From Octopus vulgaris (lineage: Eukaryota): a DNA stretch of 64,000 bases. The DNA lies in the NCBI GenBank assembly GCA_951406725.2, contig OX597839.1, positions 15,810,001-15,874,000 on the forward strand, in the 5' to 3' direction. The first letter of the stretch is position 1, and each line of letters opens with the position of its first letter. The position numbers and the translations under genes were made by a program. The notes under the pieces are model-generated. The model had not been told where the DNA came from. It did not search any database and worked only from the letters and a program-made list of their open reading frames with translations. This document shows, in pieces, positions 26,016 to 41,279 of the stretch.

Positions 26016-27244
26016 TGCCAGGATCCATGAGGCAGACTGACAAGTTTTTCTGAGTAGACATAAGATCAGAAGCATTACACCATGAGGAATGAGATTTTGT
26101 TCTATGCAAGCTTTTTTTGGCAGAATGTACAAAAAATAAGATGATTTAATATACCCTACGAACTAATTATTTCATGATTTGATTTTCTATATCACTGTAT
26201 TGGAAAAGAGAATATGGGAAACTGATTTGATAGAGTAGCAAACAATGAGCAGAGATGTGAGAGGTTCATACCTTATCAACAGTACTACACCATGACCATG
26301 GCCAAAACATTTAACTCTCAAAGGACTCATCACCAAGCTGAAAAAGCCACATTGATGAAGTACACAGTCCCTCTATCTGTGAGTAGGTACCATAGTTAAG
26401 CACAGTCTTTGAAGTTTTATGTTAAGTACCACCACACAGAGTGATGCAGTTCAAACTGGCTCTAAGTAGGTACTACAGTGGTATAGGTACCAGTAAGGAA
26501 GTAGGTACCAGTAAGGAACAGTTCACATAGTTTAAGCTCATATAGCCTCTCACACCTACCCTACAATGCCATTCTGAAAATAAACAGTCACATTGAAATC
26601 TTGAAGCTACAAGACAATGCAGGATTAATTAAAGCAATGAATAAATAAGCATTACATTTGGCAGAGTAATCTGAATGCTAAAGGGTTAAACTTTATTTTT
26701 TATTTTAAATCCGAGTCAGGGCCTCTGAAACTGGTGGGAAGGAGGGAGAAAGGAAGGCATCCTCAAACCAGAAACCTAGCCCAAATGCTTACTACAGAGT
26801 GGACCCTATCCACTAAAGGCATCCATGGAAGGTGGTGATAAATTGGGCAGCAGGCTAAGTAAGCCATGGCGGGATTTGAACTCAAAATGCAAAGAAGAAC
26901 ATATATCACAAGGCAATCCATTGAAAGTTATTACAGTTCCACCTCGAAAAAAACTTCTTTTTTTTTTTTTATCTATTCATTTCCTCCCACTATTCCTGGG
27001 AAGGTTGTGGTAGTAGAGTTGGTTAGAGTAGCATTGGCCTAGGGTTAAACAGCAACTGGAAAACTGCAGAGTGAAGGGGCAAGAGGCTAGCTCATGTACA
27101 AAAGAAACATCAATAGTTAAGGAAGGAGAAAGAGAAGAGCAAGAGCAACAAGGTGAGAGAGAGAGAGAGAGTAAGAAATAACAGCAGAGTTATTTCAGGT
27201 CATTCTCTCCCATTTGAAACCCTAACCATCCATCCATCTTCTCC

Positions 27245-27500
27245 ACCCACTATTCTAGAGAGGGTTGTGAGAGTAGAGTCCTCAGGCACTTCTTCCATTG
27301 GGTCCTATCATAAGCAACTATAATTACACTTCCTTGTGAATTCTCAAGCATGACCACCCAAGACGATGGATATTATCCAACCACCTCATTCTTAGTCTAC
27401 ACAGGTCTCTTGCCAGTTGGCTCAGCTTTAAAAAGTTATCTTGCGGTTCTTTCCTGTGACCTCCTAATCATATGTCCATAGTACTAGAGATGTGACCTTC
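27245..27500 (-). pseudogene. RTE LINE C-terminal remnant
   Basis: Minus-strand fragments YYGHMIRRSQER...KAEPTGKRP...RMRWLDNI. Confidence 0.55.
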
Positions 27501-28123
27501 CAAAAACATGAAAGGCAAAGTCAGCCTCAACAGAATTTGAACTCATAACACAGAGTTGGAACAAAATACAGCAAAGCATTTTGTCCAATACTCAAACAAT
27601 TCTGCCAATTTCCTATTTTATTAAGTCCTTTTTTTTTAAATGATCTTCAAACTTTTCTGTTTCACACATAATTAAGAAACCACAAAAGGTTTTGTTTAAT
27701 CAGAACTAATTAGGGTTAAAAGACATACAACTGTTTTCCACCCAACACCATTTTTTTTAATGAGTACCTTTGTGACTATAAAAAATATTTCACAGAGAGA
27801 GAGTAAAGAGTCATATAAAATTTATACATTTCATTTGTATTTGAAGTGTAAAAATATGTTTCACTTGTATTTATAATTGAATTTTCATCTTTAATAAATT
27901 GAAACAGCAGCAAATAAGCGAAACCATACAATACTAAATGCTTTCATAATTGAATACATTTTAATTCCATTATTATGGAAACAAGATATTCATATTTTTT
28001 TATCCATTCTTTATCTATGTAATTAATACATGAATACAGTTCTAAAGCAGTGAATCGAGGTTCCCTTTTATTGTTTCTGTTTGTATACTGTTTTAAAAAA
28101 ATACTTTTTTTGTACATTTTTAA

Positions 28124-28564
28124 CCCTTTTTTATACCAAGCTGTCCGAAACAACCCCCAGGTCTTTGACACAAACTTCATGTTTTAACCCTTTTGTTACT
28201 GTATTTATTCTGAGATGCTCTGTGTTTCTTTCAATTAATTTTAAATACAACAAAGAATTTAGTAAAATAACTTAGTTATCATTCAGCTAGTGTTAGGAAC
28301 ATAAATTGTGACTAAGGTTTGGTGGAAGATTTTAATTCAAAACTTATGAAAACAAAACATTTGTACTACAGCGCCAGAGGTGGTTTCAGTCGGGTTGGTA
28401 ATGAAAGGGTTAAAAAGATCTAAGTGAGAACCTTCCTTTCATGTTAATTTATGTCCTAATCACCAGTTTAATAAAGACAAAGTTATTTTATTAATTTCTT
28501 CTGTATTTACAAAATTAACTGACCCAAAGGCAGTGTATTTCGGCAGAAATATGGTAAAAAAGGG
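28124..28564. mobile_element. Nested piggyBac-type MITEs
   Basis: The outer element TTAA|CCCTTTTTTATACC ... GGTAAAAAAGGG contains an inner MITE at 28188-28409 (copy of 855-1073) inserted at a TTAA. Confidence 0.75.
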
Positions 28565-29094
28565 ATTAATCTCTAATGTTCAAAACATATATATTTGAAA
28601 CCTTTTTCTTTTAAAAGAAAAAATTTTTAATTTTAGAAGTGGGTTAAAATATCTATGCTTAGCAATGCCCAATCTTCTTGCTTTAGGAGAAATTTGAACG
28701 ATGATGTCATTCAGCCCCAGGTCAGGCCAATCTAGTAGGCTCATGATCAAAGATACTACAGCTGTGTTCATCATCTTCATTTCAAGAGCATCTAGGATTA
28801 CAGCACGTATTATTTATTCCAGTGACAGTAAGATATAAGATATATGATTTAAGAGATATTTGACTGACATTGTTCAGTGGTCAGACTACCAAATAAAACA
28901 GGTGATAAAGTAAGTTTGGACTTTAGATGCTAATCTGCTTGAGGCTTTTTGTACTTCTACAAATAGAGCCACCATTGGTACCAATGTACTCACATTTTCT
29001 ACAATTTTAACCACCACCTGCACAAGAGGATGTTTATTCCACTGGTTGTTGTTTATCAAAACTAATGAACACACTGAGCTAAAGAATGTGTTGC

Positions 29095-30477
29095 TTAACA
29101 CTTCAGTACTGAAGCCATCCACAACCTGCCCAAATATTCTACCCGTTTTACATTCAAACCAGCCAAATTCAGCCGCTCAAACCTACCCTACAGTATCATT
29201 CTAAAAACAGTAACACCAATAAAATTTTATAGGAGTGGCTTTGTGGTAAGTAGCATGGTTCCAGATTCAGTCCCACTGCATGGCACCTTCTACTATAGCC
29301 TCGGGCCCACCAAAGCCTTGTGAGTCGATTTGGTAGACGGAAACTGAAAGAAGCCCATCGTATATATATATATGTGTGTGTGTGTTTGTGTGTCTTTGTC
29401 CCCACAATATCACTTGACAACCAATGCTGGTGTGTTTACGTCGCCGCAACTTAGCAGTTCAGCAAGAGAGACTGACAGAATAAGTACTAGGCTTACAAAG
29501 AATAAGTCCTGGGGCTAATTTGCTTGACTAAAGGCAGTGCTCCAGCATGGCCACAGCCAAATGACTGAAACAAGTAAAAGAGTAAAGAGAGAGAGAGTTA
29601 TGAGATAATGCAGGATTATTTGACAACAATGTGATTAAACAAGCAGTACTTTCGACAGAAGAATCTGAACGCTAAAGGGTTTAACCCTTCAGCATTTAAA
29701 CTGAACCTATTTGTTGCAAATATTTTTGCCCGTTTCATATTAACACTGGCCATGTCCTATCTTTCACACCTACCCAACAATGTTATTCTAATCACATCAT
29801 CAAAATCTCAAAGCTATGAGATTAATGCATGATTGATTGGGCTGTGTCGTAAGTAGCTTGTTTACCAACCACATGGCTCTGGGTTCAGTCCCACTGCGTG
29901 GCACCTTGGGCAAGTGTCTTCTACTATAGCCTCGGGCCGACCAAAGCCTTGTGAGTGGATTTGGTAGACGGAAACTGAAAGAAGCCCGTCGTATATATGT
30001 ATATATATATGCATGTGTGTGTTTGTGTGTCTGTGTTTGTCCCCTAGCATTGCTTGACAACTGATGCTGGTGTGTTTATGTCCCCGTTACTTAGCGGTTC
30101 AGCAAAAGAGACCGATAGAATAAGTACTGGGCTTACAAAAGAATAAGTCCCGGGGTCGAGTTGCTCAATTAAAAAAGGCGGTGCTCCAGCATGGCCGCAG
30201 TCAAATGACTGAAAAGAGTAAAAGAGTAACAATGTGAATAAATAAGCATTACATTTGACAGAGTCATCTGAATTCTAAAGGGTGGTCATATCTGGCCCAA
30301 TATTCTACCTGTATTTTGTTCAAACTGGCCAAGTCTGGCCTTCCACACCTACACTACAATGTCTTCCTAAGAATAAACAATCCCATCATTAAAATCTCAG
30401 TTGTAATATAAAGCATGATAAAATTAAAACCAATGAATTAGCATCACACTGGACAGAGTAATCTGAATGCTAAGGGG
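29095..30477. mobile_element. Tandem array of three family C MITEs, two interrupted by family A SINEs (29231-29590, 29838-30228)
   Basis: Junction GCTAAAGGGT|TTAA|CCCTTCAGCATT at 29671-29696. MITE halves rejoin across each SINE. The final end TAAGGGG|TTAA is at 30471-30481. Confidence 0.8.
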
Positions 30478-30490
30478 TTAAAGGGATGAG

Positions 30491-30711
30491 GGCGGCGAAC
30501 TGGCACAATCGTTAGCAGGCCGGGCGAACTGCCTAGCGGTATTTCGTCTGCCGTTACGTTCTGAGTTCAAATTCCGCCGAGGTCGACTTTGCCTTTCAAC
30601 CTTTCGGGGTCGATTAAATAAGCACCAGTTACGAACTGGGGTCGACGTAATCAACTTAATCCGTTTGTCTGTCCCTTCTATGTTAAGCCCCCTGTGGGCA
30701 ATAAAGAAATA
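30491..30711 (+). mobile_element. Young SINE family B with 15-bp TSD
   Basis: CpG-rich copy with TSD AAGGGGTTAAAGGGA at 30472-30486 and 30712-30726. Confidence 0.9.
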
Positions 30712-31191
30712 AAGGGGTTAAAGGGAAACCTACACAGCATCACAATCACCCTAATACTGTCACTGCTGAGATTTACAGAAATAAACCCTTGTACATACTG
30801 AGACATGTCCATACATGTGCATACAATGAGCTCCCAAACTGTTTCTATCGACCAATTCCATTCACAAGGCATTGGTCACTTTAAGGCTGTAGAAAACACT
30901 TGTGAAAAGTACCATGCAGTGGAATGAATCCAGAAGGTATGTGGTTAAGACAAAAGTTCTCAAGCACGCCAACATACCTACATACTTTATTAAAATATCG
31001 GTCGACACATTTGGACTTTGACAACCACCAAAATTGCTCCCCAGTGAGATTAAGTAGGCTTATGTAAAAATAATGTCTACATGATAAACAATGGAGTGCG
31101 TAGGGAGTAAAGAGAGGGCGTTGCTACTGTTGGTGTTTAGCCCCAAGAAAGCCCTGACCTCGTAGAATTAAGCGCTACATCTGAAAATAAT

Positions 31192-31580
31192 CTGGCTGTG
31201 TGGTAAGTAGCTTGCTTACCAACCACATGGTTCCGGGTTCAGTCCCACTGCATGGCACCTTGGGCGTCTTCTACTATAGCCTTGGGCTGACCAAAGCCTT
31301 GTGAGTGGATTTGGTAGACGGAAACTGAAAGAAGCCTGTCGTGTGTGTATGTATATATGTATATGTATGTATATATATGTGTATACATTTGTGTGTGTGT
31401 GCTTGTCCCTCCAACATCACTTGACAACCAATGCTGGTGTGTTTACATCCCCGTAATTTAGTGGTTCGGCAAAAGAGACTGATAGAATAAGTACTGGGCT
31501 TACAAAGAATAAGTCCTGGGGACGATTTGCTTGACTAATGGCGGTGCTCCAACACGGCCACAGTCAAATGAGTAAAAGAG
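31192..31580 (+). mobile_element. SINE family A
   Basis: Full family A layout. Confidence 0.85.
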
Positions 31581-32464
31581 CAATATTTTGTCCATGGTTA
31601 TAGCAGTAATAAATACAGTAATGTCAAGGACAGTGTAAGATTTTTGACACTTTGACATCACAGGATAACAACAATCATAGACAACAATGGTGAGGTGCAA
31701 TGGCAGTGATGACAAGAGGGTAGTACCAATGACAAGAGGGGAAAATGGCAACACTGAGGGGTAGGGAGTTAATGACAATTGTGGTGAGGGGGGCAAAGAT
31801 GGCAATGACAATTTCAATGATTGTGTGAGGTGATGACATAACTGCAAGGGATTTTGTGATGGTACAATATCTGAAAGACAAACAATTGTACCAAGGGGAA
31901 AAGAGAAAGGACAGAGCAATGGAATTGTAATGGTTTCTCATGAATGTCAAGGGATAAAGCAATTTTCATGTGACATCAAGCAAGTACATGTATAAAAATT
32001 GCGCACATTTAAGTATGTATGTTTGTATGTTCACACATATATAAACCAATACAGATAGAGAATTCTAGAAAATGTCTGTCACCTGATATGTTACTGAAGA
32101 GTGGACTACTGTTTGGGTCATTCTCCTATATGTAAAACAAGTCTTTTGGGAAAACAATAATATTAATAATAATAATGTTAAAAATAAAAGAGAATGAAAC
32201 AAAGTTTTGATCATGTCGCCAAACATTCAAATACCACCACCATCATGATTACTACTACTGCTACTACTACACCCACCCCTGTTGCACTCCCGCCAGTCCG
32301 TCTGCCACCACCAGCTTTGATATCTAAATAATTACAGAGTTAAAAGTGAGAGCCAATGAATTAGTCAAAACTTAGAAAGAGAAGAACGAAGTAATGAAAC
32401 AGGAAAGAAAGACATTAAAGAGCCAATAATAAAACAGAATGGCAGAGCAGCAAGTGAGACAGAA

Positions 32465-32510
<46 letters not shown>

Positions 32511-32690
32511 TGTGTGTGTGTGTGTGTAATGTTTGACAGACAAAACAGAGAATGTGTTTATCATGTCTTGAATTACACTATCATAACAGTATCTGTTCCA
32601 GAAACAGCCCAACTAATCATGTTACTCTGTTATTTACTAACCTATATTCAAACAATTCTATACCAAATGGCAGTCCAGTGTGTGTGCATG

Positions 32691-32725
<35 letters not shown>

Positions 32726-35700
32726 ACATGTATACATATGTGTTTATGTGTGTGTGTGTGTGTGTGTCACAAAGCATTTCCTGGCAATGAAATGCATTAC
32801 TTCCCTATTCAATAGGATTTCAAAATTTGGGGCATTTGTGTGTGTGTGTATGTGTGTATAAACACCCACATACACACAGTTCATTTCTTTAATAAGTTTG
32901 CTCTGATTTCCTCCATCAAGTGTTGGTCAGGCAAAGTTCCACTACATCAGCCCCACAGTTATAGGTTTGATCCCATTGAGTGGTACCTGGGACAAATGTC
33001 TTCTACTAATGCCTCAAGAAGGGCGTGGACAAACCAAACCTTGCAAGTGGAATTTGGTATGTGGAAACTGTATCTGCAGTTCTCAATTACTAAATTTTTT
33101 GACACCCAACACCACCAGTTGTCCCTTGGGTTCCTTTGGTGGAGACCACTCGATTACATGTATTCAGATTAGATCTTAAGCTCTGAGGTTAACTTGATGT
33201 TTTGAGTTACATTGCTTCCAAATGCAACAACCCAAGAGTCCTGGTTTCTTCTCCCACTTAACCATCCATCTCAGAGCCCCTCCCTGCAAGATATCATGGG
33301 TCTTAAACCTTCCCCATCTGACTAAGCTAGAAAAAAAGAAAACTATTTAAAAATAGGTTTGTCCTTCCTGCATCTTTCCAGATTTTGTTCAACTCTGGAT
33401 AACTTCACTTCAGAGAACCTTTCCACCCAGTCAACATGTGCAACCATGTACACATTTTTGTGCACCACACAAATACAAACATGTGCATAAATGAATACAT
33501 AACCTCATCCATACATGCTTTATAGACATACATGCATACATACATACACATGTAAATGCATATATACACAAACATCTAGTCACAAATACTTTTGAGCACA
33601 CAAATACATAGACACGGTGCTCATATAAGTACATAAGCTCACAGACACATGCACCTCTACATACATAAATGCACACATGCAAAGATACATATGCGTATGC
33701 ACACACCCTCACAAAGCTCTCCACCCCTGCCACTTAAATTCCTATCTTCTATCAGAATTATAAAAAGAAAATAAAACAATATATTTAAAAACTGTTCCTA
33801 CTCCCCCACCCCCCGGCACCACACCCCTCTGCTCCCACATGTTTTATTTGCATATTTTATTACTGTTTTATTATATTTAGATTCATATCAGATCGCGTTC
33901 AAATACTACTAAAATAACAGAGACTATACTGAAACACATTGTAGCAGGCCCAGTGGGAAGAGATAACGAATGAGATTTATAATTAACTTCTTTTTTTTTT
34001 TTTTAATTTACTGTTTACAAGGTATGGATCAGAGACTAGGAAATTTAAGTACACAACCACAAGGTTTTTGCTGGGGGTTCAATCCCACTGGCAAAACAAC
34101 TTTGGGGCAAGTACTTTGTACCATAGCACACACAGTTATGAAGGTCTTGTGGTAGACACAGAAACTATACAGCAACTTGTTTATGTGGGGCTCCCTGCAC
34201 CCTTTTTCACTCTTTACTGACAGTCAATTATTTCCTTTTTAGTTTTGAATTGTATTGCTTAACCCCAGGTCAGTCTTCATCAATCTGAATTTTAGGATTA
34301 AAAGTCATTCCAGCAATGACCATCCCATCTGTATTACAGATCTCTCTAATGCTACATAATCCAATGCAGGACAAGCAACTATGTAAAGGTTCTCGTCCTA
34401 TCTGTGTAGTGGTCATGGTGGGAGTAAGATTTGGCAGCATTTCTAATATCTAGCTTCACTATTACTTCCCAACAGGATTTCCATTTGTGCCTTCAGCAGA
34501 TTCCACTCCGATTCTTCCAGTTTAAGGATAACTTCATCCTTTCCTGTCCTGAATCCACTGACTGAGCCATAACAGGAAAAAAAAAGTTGACCTCAGCAGG
34601 ATTTGAACATACAACATAAAGAGTTGAAACTGAATGCTGTAAGTCATTTTGACCAATGCTCTAACATTTCTGCCAGAATAAGTCAAAACAATTTCTTACA
34701 CAGACACAAGAGGCAGAATTATCTAGCCTCCAATGGGTTGGTGGAGGAAAATCAAACAAAATTGATTAAAAATTGAATGATGCAGGCATATATGTATATT
34801 GCTTCTCAACCACATGGTTCTGCCACCTCAGACAAGTGTCTTCTTCAAAGCACATGGGCCGACTAAAGCCTTGTTGAATGAACTTGGTAGAAAGAAACTA
34901 AAAGCAACCCATCATATATATATATATATGTATATATATGCATGCATGCATGCATGCGTTTGTCCTCCATCACCACTTGACAACTAGTGTTAGCCCTGTA
35001 ATGTAGCAGTTCAGCAAAAGAGATCGATAGAATAAGTACCAGACTTCAAAAACAAACACTGGGGGCAATATGTTCGACTAAACCTTTACATGGCCGCAGT
35101 CCAATGACCGAAACAAGTAAAAGGTGAAAAGGACTTGCAACACATAACTATAAATATCCACAAATAATTACCATGTAATTACTCTTCAAACGAAGAAATA
35201 AAGGAAGAAACTAGACTAAAATAGCAAAAATAAAAACTCCTCTATTAAAATAGCATCCTAAATTATTTCCAATTCAAACAGACAATTTAGAAACCAGAAT
35301 AAACAAAATAACAATTATGAACAACAATTGAAACATAAAACCTGAAGGGCCTGATAATCCTGGTTAAGAAAAAATAAAACCCACACTAATTAACCAAATA
35401 ACCTCCTTGGCAGAAACTGTTTAATATTCATGAGTAAACTGTTTAACAAAAGACTGTAATTATTTGCACTAATTTGACATTTCATTCACATGATATTTAT
35501 TTTAGGACCTCTGCAGTCTCAGTTCACCTTCGTCATTATACATTATTGCTAGTTGGTACAGTATTAACGAGAGACAAATTTATAATCAAGCAATTTCTCG
35601 AAATGGATTATTTTCAAGAATTAGCATCAGATCAATGGTCATCATTATCATCATCATTTAATGTCCACTTATCCTTGCTTGCGTGGGACTTGGACAGAAT

Positions 35701-36834
35701 GTGTTGATGTGGAGTTTCTATAGCCAGTTGCCCTCATTGTTGCCAACCTTCACCTGTTTCACAGTAAGCTTCCCCATGACCAGATACGTTTCCACAAAAG
35801 ACTGGAAAAACAAAGGATACCACTTGCTTCATGGTGACATAACTATCATGTGATGTCAAAGCAAGGAGAGACACTAACACTCACATACAATCATATATAT
35901 GTACATTATACACATACACACACACACACAATTGGCTGCTTTTGGTTCCCATGCACTATATTTACTCACTGGGCTTTGGTCAGCCTAAGGCAACAGTAAA
36001 AGACACTTGCCCAAAGTGACATGCAAAGACACAAGACATACACAACGGGCTTCTTTCAGTTTCCATCTACTGAATCCACTCACAAGGCTTTGGTCAACCA
36101 GAGGTGATAGTACAAGACACTTGCCCAAAGTATTATGCAGTGGGACTGAACCTGGAACCATGTGGTTGGAGAGCAAACTTCTTATCACACACCCATGCCT
36201 GGACCTACGTATCATGATTGAAGAAAACAGAAGCAAAGAAATTCCATCCATGCCTATAGAATCTTTTCAGAGATAACTATGTTCACACTATCCAATGTGT
36301 CCCTTCCTACTTTTAAGAGAAATGCGATTTAGCTGCTGTTTCTAGCAGAAGTCCGTCAATACTTTACATATGTTTGTGGATTGAGCATTCAGTTGATCAA
36401 TCAACTGAATGCCTACACATTGAATTTTATATGCAGGTGGCTGAATACACCACAGATATGTTTTATTTTTAACAGCCAGAATCAGCATGGCACTACATGT
36501 AACATGACTGGACTTTTGAATTACAAAAGTATGCAGACAGACAGACTGATAGACAAACAGACATATTTATAGAAGTAGATAGATAAGGCAAGCTGGCAGA
36601 ATTGTTAGCATGTTGGGCGAAATGCTTAGTGGTATACGATCAACTTAACTACTCCTGGGTAAGAGCATAAAAATTGCATCCTCTGACAATCCATGCTAAG
36701 CCAGTATGGTAGAGTAGGCTTATCAAACCAGTATGATCTCAAGCTCAAATTCATAGTCTCCACATCAGACTGTGGTTGGGAGAGAGAACATGCTGAGGGC
36801 TTTAGTGGATTCAACATACCCAATCCAATATATA

Positions 36835-37112
36835 TCATCATCGTCATCGTTTAACATCCATTTTCCATGCTGGCATGGGTTGGATGGTTTGACAGAGGAC
36901 TGGCAAGGCAGGAGGTTGCACCAGTCTCCAATCTGATCTGGCAAGGTTTCTACAGCTGGAAACCCTTCCTAAAGCCAATCACTGCAAGAGTGTAGTGGGT
37001 GCTTTTTATGTGCCACCAGTATGGGAGCCAGTCAGGCGGCACTGGCATTGACCACTTTCAGCTGGTGCTTTTTACATGCCACCAGCACGGGGAAACAGTC
37101 AGGCAGCACTGG
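36835..37112 (-). mobile_element. RTE 3' UTR fragment
   Basis: Reverse complement of the 63000-63230 region with a (CAT)n/(CGT)n tail and tandem subrepeats. Confidence 0.75.
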
Positions 37113-37120
37113 CATATATA

Positions 37121-37175
<55 letters not shown>

Positions 37176-37539
37176 ATATACAGACTGTGTGGTTTAGAGA
37201 GGTTTGTATCTAATCATGCAATTTTGGTTTCAGTCCCACAGTGCCACACCTCAGGCAGGTATCATCTTCTGTAACTACAGACTGAATGTTGCCTTGTGAG
37301 GAAATTTAGTAGACAAAAACTGAAAGAAGTACTTCAGGTGTACATGTGAGTGAACACCATAGGCTCAGCAACAAGGAATGCAATCACAAACCTACAGTGG
37401 GGCAATGAAAATGCTTTGAACATCCTCCTGGAAAAATTCATCGCCAAAATGAATGAGCATAGAAATATTTTTTGGACCGCTATGAAACATTACTTTTTGG
37501 ATTTGATTGATGTAATAATAATAATTATTATTATAATTA

Positions 37540-38012
37540 AGGCAAGCTGGCAGAATCATTAGCATGTTGGACAAAAGAAATGCTTAGCGGTGTTTCACCC
37601 ATCACTTCATTCTGAGTTCAAATTCCACCAAGGTCGACTTTGCCTTTCATCCTTTCGGGGTCAATAAATTAAGTACCAGTTGAGTACTGGGGTCAATGTA
37701 ATTGACGTAACTCCTCCCCACTAAATTTCAGGGCTTATGCCTATAATAGAAAGGATTATTATTATTATTATACTAGGTAGCAAGGTGGCAGAATCGTTAG
37801 CATGCTGGACAAAATGCTTAGCAGTATTTCGCCTGTCACTACATTCTGAGTCCAAATTCCGCCAAAGTCAACTTTGCTTTTCATCCTTTCAAGGTTGATA
37901 AATTAAGTACCAGTGAAACTCTGGGGTCAATATAATCAACTTAACCCCTCCCACCAAATTTCGAGTCTTATGCTTTTAATAGAAAGCGTTATTATTATTA
38001 TTATTATTATTA
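37540..38012 (+). mobile_element. Head-to-tail dimer of SINE family B with (TTA)n tails
   Basis: Two consecutive copies, 37540-37770 and 37777-38012. Confidence 0.85.
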
Positions 38013-38254
38013 TACTTGTGTCTGTTTTGATATTAAGATAAAAAAAAAAAAAACAACCATGTTAGTAAAACAGTTTGGGCCTGGGTTTGCACTCACTAAG
38101 CAAATTTCATTCCCCTACTTATGGTGTGTGCACACACTTGTCAATGTTTGTTCAGCTACAGCCACAAATGCCATCATCTGCAGCTCAGGTACAAGCAGTG
38201 ATGACATCATTTGACACTGGATTGTAACCAGTGACATTTACTGATGTTTCTTAC

Positions 38255-38292
38255 CAACAAATCATCTGCCAGCCCTGCACAGATGAATTTCT
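38255..38292 (-). other. Candidate 38-nt internal exon
   Basis: Minus-strand acceptor CTCTTTTATATTTCAG| and donor TTG|GTAAGA in non-repetitive sequence. Confidence 0.5.
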
Positions 38293-38579
38293 CTGAAATA
38301 TAAAAGAGCTTTTGTATGACAGAAAGAGAACACAGATGTAAAAAAGCTCTGCCTGAAATGTTTAACTTGTCTACGCCTGGAGAAACAGACATTGAAGAAA
38401 TGAACAACAAGTACAAACTCACATGTGTGTGTGTGTGTGTGCAGGCATAGTTGTGAGGCAGTATGCAGCAAAACCACAGGATTCAGGGTTCAATCCTATT
38501 GCATAACTATCAACTGGCTCTGTATACAATACCTATAGGTGTGTGAGAGTGTGTGTGTGTGTGAACATTCAAAAAACAC

Positions 38580-39110
38580 ACAAATATGACCAGACCATCT
38601 GTGTTGATGCTTGAAGATGAATGCCTCAATGCTGATGGTTCTGGCCTGTTCAAGGTCTGCAAGAATGACAGTTATTATTATGCTCTGTATTCAGAATTAA
38701 TCTCACTGTTTGTGGATGGAACTATTCCAGTTTTTTAACATCCAAGTAGCAAAAAGGTCCACACCTCACAACCATGGAGTAAGATGGAAACGACCAAAGC
38801 TTCATATACCATGAGCTTCATGTTTCTAAGTTTCGGATTCCTGTTTCCAAAGACATGCTGAAAAGAGATTACCAAAAGCTCAGATTCTGAGGATGCTTCC
38901 ACATCTACTTCCTCCAGTGGTGTGTGGTGGGGAGAGACAGTGATACTGAAATCTGAAAAGACTGAGTCTGAAGAAGGTTGTGGAAGTATTTGGGGTTTTC
39001 TGAATGTCAGTTGTCAGACCAAAGCAATTAAATGCAGTTTTGAAGTTGTTGATTGATTCCTGCATTTCTTTGGGTGAAGGAATCAGAGAGAAAGTCCCCA
39101 GCAGTTCAGC
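38580..39110 (-). pseudogene. RTE (BovB-like) reverse transcriptase remnant
   Basis: Minus-strand motifs EMQESINNFKTAFNCFGLTTDIQKT, KLMVYEALVVSILLHGCEVWTF and SIEAFIFKHQHRWSGHI. Confidence 0.75.
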
Positions 39111-41236
39111 AACACAGGTATGGATGGCTGTGTGGTAAGAAGTTTGCTTCGTAACCACATGATTCTGTGTTCGGTCCCACTGTGTGTCACCTTGGGCAAA
39201 TCAAAGCCTTGTTAGTAGGTTTTGAAGACAGAAACTGCAAGAAGACCAATACTGGATCTCTGTATGAGGGTTGTCAGGTAGAATTTAGTGGAACATGCTT
39301 CCAAAGTGCAGGGAGAACAAAGATGAGGTAAGTACACACCTCTGCTTCAAGCTACTGGGGATTAAAAATCTTCCAGTGTGTTGTTTAGGTACGTTCACCT
39401 GTCCAGTCATGCCATCTCAAAGTGCCCAGTTGAGCGTCACAAACAATCAGGACCTTCCACTGCATGGGACAGTGTCAAAAACTTTTTGGGGATCATAAAA
39501 GACCAGCAAGAAAGGTTTCTGTAGTTCTCCACATTTTCCTGCACACACACACACACATGCATATATACTCATGCACACACAAATACACATAAACACATGC
39601 TTTTATTACTCAAATTTCATTGTATGTGTGTACGTGTTTCATTTATACACAAAAAAGTTACTATGTCAGTGTATTTCTAAGGGTTCACAACACCCTGGAG
39701 CAAAGGCATTTTCTGTTGCTCTCATCCTAATTAATGGGGGGCACAAAGCGCCAGAGGAAAGTGTGAGCTACTTAACACCTGTGCTTGTTGGGCAAACTGG
39801 CCTTCCTGTGCGTCGTCTCTGTATAACACACACAGAGACACCCGAGAAAACGTAAATTTCCGTTAGGAAAATAATATTAACCATATTGTGGTTAGTAAAA
39901 TATGAAACTTAATTAAAACCATACTTTTGAAGAAAGATGAAAACGATCGTGTGGGGGGAGGGGGGGGAGAAGTAGCTATCAGCATCGGTTTGTTCGACTA
40001 AAACCTTTATACTTATGCCCCAGAATGGCCGTGAGTCCAATTGACCGAAACAAGTGTATTCATTGTAAGAATGTGTAGGTTTAGCGATCGTGGAAATAAA
40101 CCGACAAGACTAAATGAGAGAAAGGGAGCAAGAGGGAGAGAAATGGAAAAAATGTCGGTTAGAATGAATGAATGAGAGAAAGAGAGAGAGAAATGATGAG
40201 ATCGGTTGAGAGATGGATGGGGGGGGAGCGGAGGGTCTTCTCACGAGACAACTATTTGAGTTATTTTGTCAGTGAACGTCAAGCACAGCGCATTGAATGA
40301 AAATGTCGATGGAAGAGAGAGAGAGAGAGAGATAGTGGGGGGAAGAGACTGATTAAGTAAGGGGTTAAAAGGATAAATTAATCGGGAAGAGAAAGGGGTT
40401 AGTTCGGTGATAATGACAACTGAAAAGAGGTTTCCTTCACACAGCCCTCACCCCCCGCAGCACAATTATCACCATCATCATCATCGCCGTCATCGTCACT
40501 GCGTAGCTTATTTGTTTGCTTGATCGGCAAATAACAGATTCATGTAAGGAGTAGGGAAAGGGCGGGTTGATTCTTCTATGCGGTCGCACAATCTGCTAGA
40601 AATAGCAGCCGATTATGATCTTCCTCAAATTACACCTAACAGCATTTAAAAACAAAACAAAAAAGGAAAGCAAAAGAAATCTCATACACTGTAACCCTAG
40701 ATTTACAAAAAAAAAAATTTTTTTAAAGGCGGGATGGTCACAGCTGGAAAACTTTCGATCATAAAGTCTGGATCAAGTTCTACGATGGTGTGGGTATGTG
40801 GCGGGGTGTTAAACATAATCTAGCAGATGACGAACGAGATAAGATCGCGGGTAGTATATATTAAACCTATGAATGAATGCTAACCAAGGAGGGAGGGAAA
40901 TTTCTACGTGAGCAATTATCATGCTAGAAATAGCAGCCTAATAGCATCTTATTGTCTTGCAAAAGTAAAAAAAAAAAAAAAAAAAGGAACCATTAAATAA
41001 ATGGACAAGAGTAGAGTAGAATACATTTGATCATGGTTTTTTTTTCGATCAAGGCTGACGAATGATTTTTGAATGTTTTTTTTTTTTTATCGACTGTCAT
41101 GAAGTTTTAGAATAGCAGTCCCTTCGAAGTCCCACACACCTCGTGAAAAAAAGGAACAGTTGTTTAAACATTCATACATTTATCAAAACCTTGTAAGTGG
41201 ATTTGGTAGACAGAAATAAAGAGTACGTCGTGTGTG

Positions 41237-41279
<43 letters not shown>

